Positions 10,153-18,643 of a stretch of 63,498 bases of DNA are shown here, in pieces. How positions within the stretch are numbered: the first letter of the stretch is position 1; every line of letters starts with the position of its first letter. A model generated the notes under the pieces. It saw nothing but the letters and a program-made list of their open reading frames with translations. It was not told where the DNA came from and ran no database searches. Location: positions 1-63,498 of the forward strand of contig JAHLMR010000002.1 in the NCBI GenBank assembly GCA_018920255.1. The letters are read 5' to 3'. This DNA comes from Candidatus Aenigmatarchaeota archaeon (GTDB taxonomy: Archaea > Aenigmatarchaeota > Aenigmatarchaeia > Aenigmatarchaeales > JAHLMR01). A program made the position numbers and the translations under genes.

Positions 10153-11160
10153 ATGATTGTTTTAAACGGATCAGAAGCAGGAGGACAGTTTGTAAGAACA
10201 GCAATAGCTTTATCAGCAATTACAAAAACTCCAGTAAAAATAACAAACATTAGAGGTGCAAGAAAACCACCGGGCTTAAAAATTCAACATATAGAAGGAA
10301 TAGATGCTATAGGAAAATTATGTGATGCAAAAATAAATGGTCTAAAGTTAGGTTCTAAAGAGATTGAATTTATTCCAGGAAATTTAGTTTCAAAGGATTT
10401 AGAAATAAATATTTCTACTGCAGGTTCTATAGGATTAATTCTTCAAGCAATTCTTTTAGTTACAGCAAATCTTAATGAAAAAATTAAAATAAAAATAAAT
10501 GGTGGAGCAACATTTGGCAAATGGGCCCCTTCACCATATTATTTAGAAAAAGTCATTTTTCCACTTATAGGAGAAAAAACAAAAATAAATGTTATAAAAG
10601 ATGGTTTTTATCCAAAGGGCGGAGCAGAAGTTGAAGTCTTTACAGAGCCTTGGAAAAAAAGAAAAATTGTTTATGAAACTTCAGGAAATATAAAAGAAAT
10701 AAAAATTTTTTCTTATTCTTCAGAATTATTAAAAAGTAAAAATGTTGCAGAAAGACAAGCAAACTCAGCAGAAATTTTTTTAAAAGAAAAACTAAACACT
10801 GAAATTTCAAAAGAGATTTTTTATTCTAAATCTTTATGTGCTGGTTCAGGAATTTTAATAGTTTGTAAAACAGAAAATTCTATTTTTGGTGCTGATGCTA
10901 TAGGGGAAATAGGAAAAACATCTGAAAATGTTGGATTAGAAGCAGCAAAATATCTTTTAAATGATTTATTTAATGGTGCAGTTGATATTCATGCAGGAGA
11001 CATGCTTTTACCATACATCGCATTTAATGGATCTGGAAAAATATTAGTACCAAAAATTTCTCAACATATTATTAAAAATATAGAAGTATTAGAATCATTT
11101 TATAAAATTAAATTTAAGGTTGATGGTGAAAAAGGAAAACAAGGAAAAATTATTTTATAA
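10153..11160 (+). CDS. rtcA: RNA 3'-terminal phosphate cyclase
   Basis: GSEAGGQFVRTAIALSAIT N-terminus, FYPKGGAEV, ~335 aa. This is the typical RtcA layout. Confidence 0.85.
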   Translation: MIVLNGSEAGGQFVRTAIALSAITKTPVKITNIRGARKPPGLKIQHIEGIDAIGKLCDAKINGLKLGSKEIEFIPGNLVSKDLEINISTAGSIGLILQAILLVTANLNEKIKIKINGGATFGKWAPSPYYLEKVIFPLIGEKTKINVIKDGFYPKGGAEVEVFTEPWKKRKIVYETSGNIKEIKIFSYSSELLKSKNVAERQANSAEIFLKEKLNTEISKEIFYSKSLCAGSGILIVCKTENSIFGADAIGEIGKTSENVGLEAAKYLLNDLFNGAVDIHAGDMLLPYIAFNGSGKILVPKISQHIIKNIEVLESFYKIKFKVDGEKGKQGKIIL

Positions 11161-12123
11161 CAATTTTTTAATTTCATTTTTAAGATCTTCTATTCCTTCT
11201 TCAGTTTCACATGAAACCTTTAAAATATTATCTATTTTTAATTTGTTTATATTTTTTTCAGAAATATCTATTTTGTTTGCTACCAATATTACTGGGATGT
11301 TAAATAGATTTTTAATTTCATTATACAAAGAAATTTGTTTTTCTAATTCCCAACCACAAGTTTCACTTAAATCAAATACATAAATTATATAATTTGCTAT
11401 ATTTTTTAATGCAATAATTGTTTGCATTTCTATTTTATTTCTTTTTGAAATAGGTCTATCGAGAAGTCCTGGAGTATCTATAATTTGAATTTTTTTAAAA
11501 TTATGTTCAAAATATCCTATCATTAAACCCTTTGTTGTAAATGGATATGGCTGAATTTCTGGCTTAGAACCTGTTAATTTCCATAACAAAGAACTTTTTC
11601 CAACATTTGGGAATCCAGCAATTATTATAGTTTTCATATCTTTAATTTCTGGAAGTTTTCTAAGAACTTTTCCAGCTTCTACTAGAGTATTTAAATAAGA
11701 TTTTTTCTTTTTTAAAAGTCTAGAAACACGTCCATAAAATTCTTTTCTTATATTTCTAAATTCGTTTGTATGCTTTGCATTTTCAAGTTTCTTTAAAAAT
11801 ATAATTTGTAAACTTCTAATTTTATTTATTAAAAATTTTATTGTTTTTAATGATTTTTGAATTTTCTCATAACCAATTAAAACATCCGTAATCTCATAAT
11901 AAAATTTATTAACGTTTTTTGGAAAACTATTATATGAATTTTTCAATAGTTCTATAAGTTTGTTTGCAGATACTTTTATTCTTATCCCTTCTTTTTGTCT
12001 TGCATTTTCTATAATAGAATCTTTAAATTTCTCTTTTTTAACAATCTTTGATGCAGCACTAAAAGAAATTTCAATTAATTCTTTATCAGTATAACATATA
12101 GTTTTTTTAAATGGATTTGTCAT
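11155..12123 (-). CDS. NOG1-family GTPase
   Basis: G1 GFPNVGKSS, G3 DTPGLLD, G4 NKID. Helical N-terminal domain. Confidence 0.8.
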   Translation of the reverse strand: MTNPFKKTICYTDKELIEISFSAASKIVKKEKFKDSIIENARQKEGIRIKVSANKLIELLKNSYNSFPKNVNKFYYEITDVLIGYEKIQKSLKTIKFLINKIRSLQIIFLKKLENAKHTNEFRNIRKEFYGRVSRLLKKKKSYLNTLVEAGKVLRKLPEIKDMKTIIIAGFPNVGKSSLLWKLTGSKPEIQPYPFTTKGLMIGYFEHNFKKIQIIDTPGLLDRPISKRNKIEMQTIIALKNIANYIIYVFDLSETCGWELEKQISLYNEIKNLFNIPVILVANKIDISEKNINKLKIDNILKVSCETEEGIEDLKNEIKKLL

Positions 12124-12370
12124 AAATTGAATATTAATAGCTTAAATATTTAAAAAACAAGCTTAGAAAATTATTTCTATGAAGCTTCGAGTTGCGAAAG
12201 GTTATGTATTTTTTCAAAAAATTTCTTGATTTATATTTTCTATTTCTACAAGGCCGCTGATAAATTTTATCTTAAAAACACATTAAATTTTTTCATAAAA
12301 CAGTAATCTTTAAATATATATCATTTTTCTTTATTTTTGAGAAAAAATATTTAAAATGGAGGATGGTTTT

Positions 12371-12517
12371 ATGGCAAAAAAGAGTAAAAAGGAGGAAAAA
12401 AATATGGTTAAAAAGAAACCTCTTGAAGAAATAGAGGAAGAAACAGAGGAAGAATTCGAGGAAGACGATACTTTTGCAGCAGATGATGAAAGCTTTGAAG
12501 AAGAGGAAGAATTTTAA
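12371..12517 (+). CDS. small highly acidic protein (48 aa), not in the ORF track
   Basis: GGAGG lies 8 nt upstream of the ATG. Product is MAKKSKKEEKNMVKKKPLEEIEEETEEEFEEDDTFAADDESFEEEEEF. Confidence 0.45.
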   Translation: MAKKSKKEEKNMVKKKPLEEIEEETEEEFEEDDTFAADDESFEEEEEF

Positions 12518-12614
12518 ATAGTTTAATTTATTTTTTAAATATTTTTTTAATTATATATTCTAAAGAAAAGAAATTAATTTAAAAGATAAAGTTTAGTTTT
12601 AATTTGTGATTTAA

Positions 12615-12725
12615 ATGAAAATAAAAAAATGTCCAGAATGCGGTTCAAAAAAATTAATAACAAAAATAAAAGAAGTTTATTGTGGGGAATGTGGTTTTAT
12701 AGTTAAAGAAGATATTATGCTATAA
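12615..12725 (+). CDS. stand-alone TFIIB/TFB-type zinc-ribbon mini-protein (36 aa), not in the ORF track
   Basis: MKIKKCPECGSKKLITKIKEVYCGECGFIVKEDIML matches the CPECGS..x..C..CG.V pattern of the TFB N-terminal ribbon. Confidence 0.5.
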   Translation: MKIKKCPECGSKKLITKIKEVYCGECGFIVKEDIML

Positions 12726-12762
12726 AATAATATTTAAATAAACAAAAAATATTTTATATTTT

Positions 12763-13353
12763 ATGTTAAAAGGTCAATCAATTACAATAGTATTTATGAT
12801 ATTTTTCTTTATTATTATAATTTTAAGTATAACATTTTTACCAGATATACAAAAAAATATAAAAGCAGCACAAATAACAAATGAAATTCAAAATGTTAAA
12901 ACACAAATTTCAAATTGCAATTCTAAACTTTTAGAAACAGCAAGAACAGGAATCAAAAATACATGCTATATTCCAGCTGAAATAGGAAAAGTTACTGCAA
13001 AAACAGAAGGTATTTATTATACCATTCAAGCAGATGAAAAAATATGTGATCCGCATGATTGGATTGAGATTGATTCAGAAAAGCATATTTGGTCAAAATG
13101 TTTAAATAATGGATATACACTCCAATATATGTGGAATTTTCCAAACCCATTGTATGTTAATGGAACTATAACTGGAAATATATACATATATCCAGCAAGC
13201 GGAGGTCAGGGATTTGAAAAAAATGTTAAATTCAGAACAATTACAGTTGTTGTTGCATTTAACTATGTTCCAGGACAAGAAGGAAAAAATATTGAATTTG
13301 TAAGAGAATCTGTAACAGATGAAAATGTTACATTATCGGTGATCATTTCATGA
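12763..13353 (+). CDS. type IV pilin-like / class III signal-peptide protein
   Basis: N-terminus MLKG|QSITIVFMIFFFIIIILSI has a short charged leader, a KG-Q cleavage-type motif and a hydrophobic helix. Confidence 0.55.
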   Translation: MLKGQSITIVFMIFFFIIIILSITFLPDIQKNIKAAQITNEIQNVKTQISNCNSKLLETARTGIKNTCYIPAEIGKVTAKTEGIYYTIQADEKICDPHDWIEIDSEKHIWSKCLNNGYTLQYMWNFPNPLYVNGTITGNIYIYPASGGQGFEKNVKFRTITVVVAFNYVPGQEGKNIEFVRESVTDENVTLSVIIS

Positions 13354-13841
13354 AAAAATATATAATTATTTTAATTTCAATTATTATTTTATCTTCAATT
13401 TCATTTGCAGAAACTCTTGAAACTGATAGCTATACTTTTAATTTGTTAGTGCCAATAGATTTTAATAGTTTAAATAGTGATAGCTATACTTTTAAATTTG
13501 CATTAAGTCAACCAACTATAGGTATTTCTTCAAGTGAACAAAATTCACTTTGTATAGGTATATTTTGTACTTCACAAATATTACCATTATATGCAATTAA
13601 AATATCAGGTACTCTTAATTATTCAGATAATACAAGCGTTTCTAATGCTAAAATAATTGTAACTACTCCAACAAGTAAAAAGTCTACAATAACAGATAAA
13701 AATGGAAATTTTGAAATAACCATTTATCCGGTTTTAGAATATTATATTAAAAAACCATTTGAAATTGAAATTTATGTTATAGGAAAAATTGAAGCAATAT
13801 ACACTTGTACTTATGATTGGTATTCAAATACATGTAATTAA
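13350..13841 (+). CDS. secreted protein with a carboxypeptidase-regulatory-like beta-sandwich segment
   Basis: Signal peptide, duplicated DSYTF motif, TDKNGNFEI motif. ATGA overlap with the pilin-like gene. Confidence 0.45.
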   Translation: MKKYIIILISIIILSSISFAETLETDSYTFNLLVPIDFNSLNSDSYTFKFALSQPTIGISSSEQNSLCIGIFCTSQILPLYAIKISGTLNYSDNTSVSNAKIIVTTPTSKKSTITDKNGNFEITIYPVLEYYIKKPFEIEIYVIGKIEAIYTCTYDWYSNTCN

Positions 13842-13843
13842 AT

Positions 13844-15127
13844 TTAATTTTGTCTTGCCCATGCTATAAATGACCCCAATGGCATTAAAATTTCTTCTCC
13901 ACTTTGCATATTTCTTACTTTAATTGAAGAAAGTTTTAATTCATTTTCACCTATTATTGCAACATATGGAATCCCCAATGTACTTGCATATTCTATTTGT
14001 TTTGAAAGCTTTCTTTCAGATATATCCCAGTCTGTTCTTATTCCAGCAGCTCTTAATTGATTTATAATTTTTATAGCCTGGCTTTTAATATTTTCATTTA
14101 CTATTGCAACAAAAATTTTTGCAGGTGCTGATTTTTTAATTAAACCTCTTTCTAAAAGTAAAGAGAATAGTCTAGATAATCCTATACTTATTCCAGTAGC
14201 TGGATAATCTGGACCACCAATATTTTTAATAAGATTATCATATCTTCCGCCACCACCAATACTAACATTTTTATCGCTAACAGAAATTTCATAAACAAGA
14301 CTTGTATAATAGTCAAGACCTCTTACAATAGAAAAATCTAATTCTAATCTATCTAATATTGAGAAATCTTTTGCTAATAAAAATAATTCTTTTATTTCTT
14401 CTAAACCATCGACATTTTGAAATTCGTTTTCAATATATTTTATTTTTTCATAAAAACTACTTTTCATTGTTAAGATTTCTATAATTTTATTTATATTAAT
14501 TTTTTCAGAAATATTTTCTATTTCTTTTTTAAAAGCATCTATACCAATTTTATCTTTTTTATCTATAATTTTTAAAACTTTATCAAGATTTTCTTCCTCT
14601 ACACCTAAATTTTTAAGTATATTTTGAATAACTTTTCTATTGTTTACTTTTATTTTAAAATCATCAATCTGAAAAGTTTCAAAAACTTCTATTACTGCAC
14701 ATAAACATTCTATATCCGCATTCAAACTTTTACATCCTATAATATCAATATCAGCTTGCCAAAATTCACGATATCTCATAGCTTGTGGATTGTCATATCT
14801 CCAAGCTCTATCGATTGCATATCTTTTAAACGGCATTGGTAAATTTAGATTATTACTTATTATTCTTGCAAGCGGCATAGTTAAATCAAACCTTAAACCA
14901 ACTTCTCTTTCAGATTTATCTTTAAAATAATATATTTCATCTTTTACAGCTTCTCCGAGCCCACCTTTTGCAGAAAGCAATTCAAAACTCTCTAATGCTG
15001 GTGTAATTAAAGGCACAAATCCATATTTTTCAAAAATTTTTCTTATTGTTTCAATCATAGATAAAAGAATATTTGCTTCATCTTGTAAAAAATCTTTCAT
15101 ACCTTTTACTGGTAAAAATTGCTTCAT
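13844..15127 (-). CDS. hisS: histidyl-tRNA synthetase
   Basis: Class II motifs, GGGGRYDNL, C-terminal anticodon-binding domain. Confidence 0.95.
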   Translation of the reverse strand: MKQFLPVKGMKDFLQDEANILLSMIETIRKIFEKYGFVPLITPALESFELLSAKGGLGEAVKDEIYYFKDKSEREVGLRFDLTMPLARIISNNLNLPMPFKRYAIDRAWRYDNPQAMRYREFWQADIDIIGCKSLNADIECLCAVIEVFETFQIDDFKIKVNNRKVIQNILKNLGVEEENLDKVLKIIDKKDKIGIDAFKKEIENISEKININKIIEILTMKSSFYEKIKYIENEFQNVDGLEEIKELFLLAKDFSILDRLELDFSIVRGLDYYTSLVYEISVSDKNVSIGGGGRYDNLIKNIGGPDYPATGISIGLSRLFSLLLERGLIKKSAPAKIFVAIVNENIKSQAIKIINQLRAAGIRTDWDISERKLSKQIEYASTLGIPYVAIIGENELKLSSIKVRNMQSGEEILMPLGSFIAWARQN

Positions 15128-15192
15128 AATATCACTTCTTTATTTTAATAATAAAAATTAATATTTAAATAATTGCAATTCTAAATAAAAAT

Positions 15193-15447
15193 ATGGCAGA
15201 TATAAAAATAGGTAAAGTAACGCATTATTTTTCAAAAATTGGTGTAGCAGTTTTAGAGCTTCAAGATTCAATAAAAATTGGTGACAGAATAGCTTTATTA
15301 TCAAAAAAAGGAGAAAGATTTGAACAAATTGTTGAAAGTATGCAAATAGAAAAAACTCAAATTAATGAAGCAAAAGCAGGACAATCAGTTGGAATAAAAG
15401 TAATACAAGAACCAAAGAAAAATTCTGATGTATTTAAAGTTTCTTAA
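15193..15447 (+). CDS. EF-Tu domain-2-like small beta-barrel protein
   Basis: GKVTHYFSKIGVAVLEL...GD.I...EQ.V.SMQI....EAKAGQ.VGIKV pattern. Confidence 0.6.
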   Translation: MADIKIGKVTHYFSKIGVAVLELQDSIKIGDRIALLSKKGERFEQIVESMQIEKTQINEAKAGQSVGIKVIQEPKKNSDVFKVS

Positions 15448-15491
15448 ATGAATGCAAATCTTTAATAAAATACTTTTCCTTATTTTAATTT

Positions 15492-16178
15492 ATGAATATT
15501 ATAGAACTTGTAAATGTTTCAAAAATATATAAATTAGATAATGTAGAAGTTAAAGCAATTTCTAATATTAATTTAAAAATAAAAAATGGGGAGACAGTTG
15601 CTATTATGGGACCATCAGGTTCAGGAAAATCTACTTTATTACATATTATTGGTTGTTTAGATAAACCTTCTTCTGGAAAAGTTATTATTGATTCTAAAGA
15701 TGTTTCAAAATTAAATGAAAATCAATTAGCAGAAATAAGAAGACAAAAAATAGGTTTCGTCTTTCAATTTTTTTACTTAATTCCATCTTTAAATGCATTA
15801 AGAAATGTAATGTTTCCTATGTTATTTACAAATAACTTAAATAAAGAGGAGAAGGAAAAAAAGGCAATTGAACTTTTAGAATTAGTTGGATTAAAAAATA
15901 GAATTTATCACAGACCTGCAGAAATGTCAGGAGGGGAAAGGCAAAGAATTGCTATTGCTAGAGCTCTTGCTAATGACCCACAAATTATTTTAGCTGATGA
16001 ACCAACTGGAAATTTAGATACAGAAAAGGGAAAAGCAATAATTGATCTTTTACTTAATCTTAATAAAGAAAAAAACATAACACTTATTATAGTTACTCAT
16101 GATTCATATATAGCTTCGCATGCAAAAAGAATAATAAAACTAAAAGATGGAAAAATAATATCTGATAGTAAAAAATAG
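15492..16178 (+). CDS. ABC transporter ATP-binding protein (MacB/LolD type)
   Basis: Walker A GPSGSGKST, signature SGGERQR, Walker B ILADEPT. Confidence 0.9.
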   Translation: MNIIELVNVSKIYKLDNVEVKAISNINLKIKNGETVAIMGPSGSGKSTLLHIIGCLDKPSSGKVIIDSKDVSKLNENQLAEIRRQKIGFVFQFFYLIPSLNALRNVMFPMLFTNNLNKEEKEKKAIELLELVGLKNRIYHRPAEMSGGERQRIAIARALANDPQIILADEPTGNLDTEKGKAIIDLLLNLNKEKNITLIIVTHDSYIASHAKRIIKLKDGKIISDSKK

Positions 16179-16191
16179 GGAGGTAATAAAA

Positions 16192-17358
16192 ATGAAAAGT
16201 ATCAATATATTAATTTGTATGCTTTTATTTTCCTTTTCTACATTTGCTGCTGATACTATTAGTACAACAGCCTCTATTTACCCATCTGTATTATCTCCTG
16301 GAACAGAAGGATATATACAATTTACAATAACAAACACAGGAATAAATACAATAACAGATATGAGAATTTTATCAGTAATTGCAGATGCACCGATATTAAT
16401 TCAATCTCCAGGTGTTCAGACTTTAGGAAGTTTAAACCCAGGAAGTTCTTACTCAACTAATATTAAATTTACAGTACCATCATATACAAGTTCTGGATAT
16501 TATGTTGTAAGAATAACAACTGAAGTATGTTATGGTGTTTCTTGTAAAAATTATTTACAAAATGCAATAATAGCAGTTCAAGCACCAAGTTTAGTTGAGA
16601 TTAAGTCAATTACTCCTTATGAAATGAAAATAGGTAAAACTGAAAAATTTACTTTTACAATAAAAAATAATGGAGATTCTGATATAACAAATGTTATATT
16701 AACTTGGTATGATCCATCAAACGTTTTATTTCCTTTAGGAGAATCTAATAAAATATATATCCCAAAAATTAATGCATATGAAACCTATAATGTTTCAACA
16801 AATTTAGGAGTAAGTTCAAATGCTTTATCAGGATATCACAATATTTTTATAATAGTTCAATATACTGATAAAAAAGGAGTTATTCAATTTGTTAATAATA
16901 CTTTAGGTATTAAAATTTTAGGAAATTATAATTTTATTTTTTCAAAAGAATCTCAAGATATAATACAGCAAGGAAAATCTGGTTTAGTTTCTATTAAAAT
17001 TGCAAATGCTGGTACACAAGATGCAAAATTTTTAACACAAAAATTAATAACAGATGATAAAGAAATATCAGTTTCTCCTTCTATAATTTATGTTGGAAAT
17101 CTTAAAACCGATGATTTTGACACAGAAAAATATACAATCACTACTTATCCTTGGACAAAAATAGGATATCATAATTTAACTATGATAATAGAATATCAAG
17201 ATGAGTTTGGAAACACATATTCTGAAAATCATACATTTACTATATATGTCTCAGAATCGAATGTGTCATTTGATAATTTAAAAAATTTAATTATTTTAAT
17301 TGTTATAGGAATAATTATTTATTATTTTTATAATAAAAGAGTTAAGAAAAAACGATGA
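16192..17358 (+). CDS. exported CARDB/S-layer-like repeat protein with a C-terminal TM anchor
   Basis: Signal peptide, repeated beta-rich modules (ITNTG / IKNNGDSD / IANAGTQD), C-terminal hydrophobic helix plus a basic tail. Confidence 0.6.
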   Translation: MKSINILICMLLFSFSTFAADTISTTASIYPSVLSPGTEGYIQFTITNTGINTITDMRILSVIADAPILIQSPGVQTLGSLNPGSSYSTNIKFTVPSYTSSGYYVVRITTEVCYGVSCKNYLQNAIIAVQAPSLVEIKSITPYEMKIGKTEKFTFTIKNNGDSDITNVILTWYDPSNVLFPLGESNKIYIPKINAYETYNVSTNLGVSSNALSGYHNIFIIVQYTDKKGVIQFVNNTLGIKILGNYNFIFSKESQDIIQQGKSGLVSIKIANAGTQDAKFLTQKLITDDKEISVSPSIIYVGNLKTDDFDTEKYTITTYPWTKIGYHNLTMIIEYQDEFGNTYSENHTFTIYVSESNVSFDNLKNLIILIVIGIIIYYFYNKRVKKKR

Positions 17359-17362
17359 TAAA

Positions 17363-18607
17363 ATGTTTAATGAGCTTCTTTCAATTGCATTTTATAATTT
17401 ACTACATAGAAAATTAAGAAGTTTTTTAACTCTTTTAGGAATTGTTATAGGTGTTTCTGCTGTTGTTGGAATAATAACGCTTGGAATAAGTTTACAAGAA
17501 AATGTAACAAAACAACTTATGAAATTTGGAAGTGATCAAATAGCTGTAGTAGGAGGATCATTTAAATTTTCACAGCTTAGAACATCTATGCTAACAACTC
17601 TTACATTTAAATTTTCTGAAAATGATTTAAATGCAATAAAAAACGCTCCTGGTGTTGAAGAAGTATATGGTGCAATAACAAATTCTGAAATAATTAGTTA
17701 TTATAATGAAAATATTACAAATGTTGTTTATGGAATAAATATAAAAAGCTGGATGGATATAGAAGGAAATAAAATTGGACTATATAAAGGAAGAGTTCCT
17801 GAAACCGATGAAAAATATGTTGCAATTATAGGTTATTCTATAGCAAAAGATTCTTTTTCAAAAGAAATTGATATTAATAAAAAAATAAAAATAAAAAATA
17901 AAGAATTTAAAGTTGTTGGGATATTGAATCAAGCTGGTGGTGTTCTTTCTTCATCAATTGATAATGTTATTTTAATACCATATGATACCTTAATTGAAAT
18001 TAATCCAAATAAGTTTAAAAAGGGAGAATATACTGTATTTGAACTTAAAATTTCCAAAGGTTTTACTTCAGATGAGGTTGTAGAAAATGTTAATAAAGCA
18101 CTATTAAAATCTAGACATGAAACAGAAGAAACAAAAACATTTTCAGTTTTAGGAGCTAAATTTTATCAAGAAACAATAAATTCTATATTTGGTATTATTA
18201 CTGTATTTTTAGGAGCAATTGCTGCTATTTCATTAGTAGTTGGCGGAATTGGAATTTCGAATACAATGTATGTATCAGTTATGGAAAGAACAAGAGAAAT
18301 AGGTTTAATGAAAGCAGTAGGTGCAACAAATAAAACAATATTATTGTTATTTTTAATAGAATCTGGACTTTTAGGTTTACTTGGAGGTATAATAGGAACA
18401 ATACTTGGTATTTTCTTTTCTTATATTTTTTCATTTATTTTATCATCAGAACATTTTTTAATGATAAAAGGCTTTTCAATTTTTATTGATCCACTTATAA
18501 TATTATTAGGATTTTTCTTTGGTTTTTTTACAGGAATTTTAGCAGGATTTTTCCCAGCAAAAACAGCTGCTAACTTACAGCCAGTAGAAGCATTAAGATA
18601 TGAATAA
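17363..18607 (+). CDS. ABC transporter permease (FtsX/MacB family)
   Basis: N-terminal TM, large extracytoplasmic domain, three C-terminal TMs, ending ...PAKTAANLQPVEALRYE. Confidence 0.85.
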   Translation: MFNELLSIAFYNLLHRKLRSFLTLLGIVIGVSAVVGIITLGISLQENVTKQLMKFGSDQIAVVGGSFKFSQLRTSMLTTLTFKFSENDLNAIKNAPGVEEVYGAITNSEIISYYNENITNVVYGINIKSWMDIEGNKIGLYKGRVPETDEKYVAIIGYSIAKDSFSKEIDINKKIKIKNKEFKVVGILNQAGGVLSSSIDNVILIPYDTLIEINPNKFKKGEYTVFELKISKGFTSDEVVENVNKALLKSRHETEETKTFSVLGAKFYQETINSIFGIITVFLGAIAAISLVVGGIGISNTMYVSVMERTREIGLMKAVGATNKTILLLFLIESGLLGLLGGIIGTILGIFFSYIFSFILSSEHFLMIKGFSIFIDPLIILLGFFFGFFTGILAGFFPAKTAANLQPVEALRYE

Positions 18608-18643
18608 AAAAGTTTTAAATATAAGTTAATAAATATATATTTC

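Noticed and set aside
11120-11383. 87-aa plus-strand ORF after rtcA
   Set aside because: It is antisense to the well-supported NOG1 GTPase gene. Its composition is an AT-rich mirror of that gene.
12124-12370. Possible C/D-box sRNA or other ncRNA in the 247-nt spacer after the NOG1 gene
   Set aside because: Only a degenerate ATGAAG and a CTGA about 85 nt apart are present. There is no proper C/D/C'/D' arrangement or terminal stem. The HindIII-type AAGCTT palindromes are trivial.
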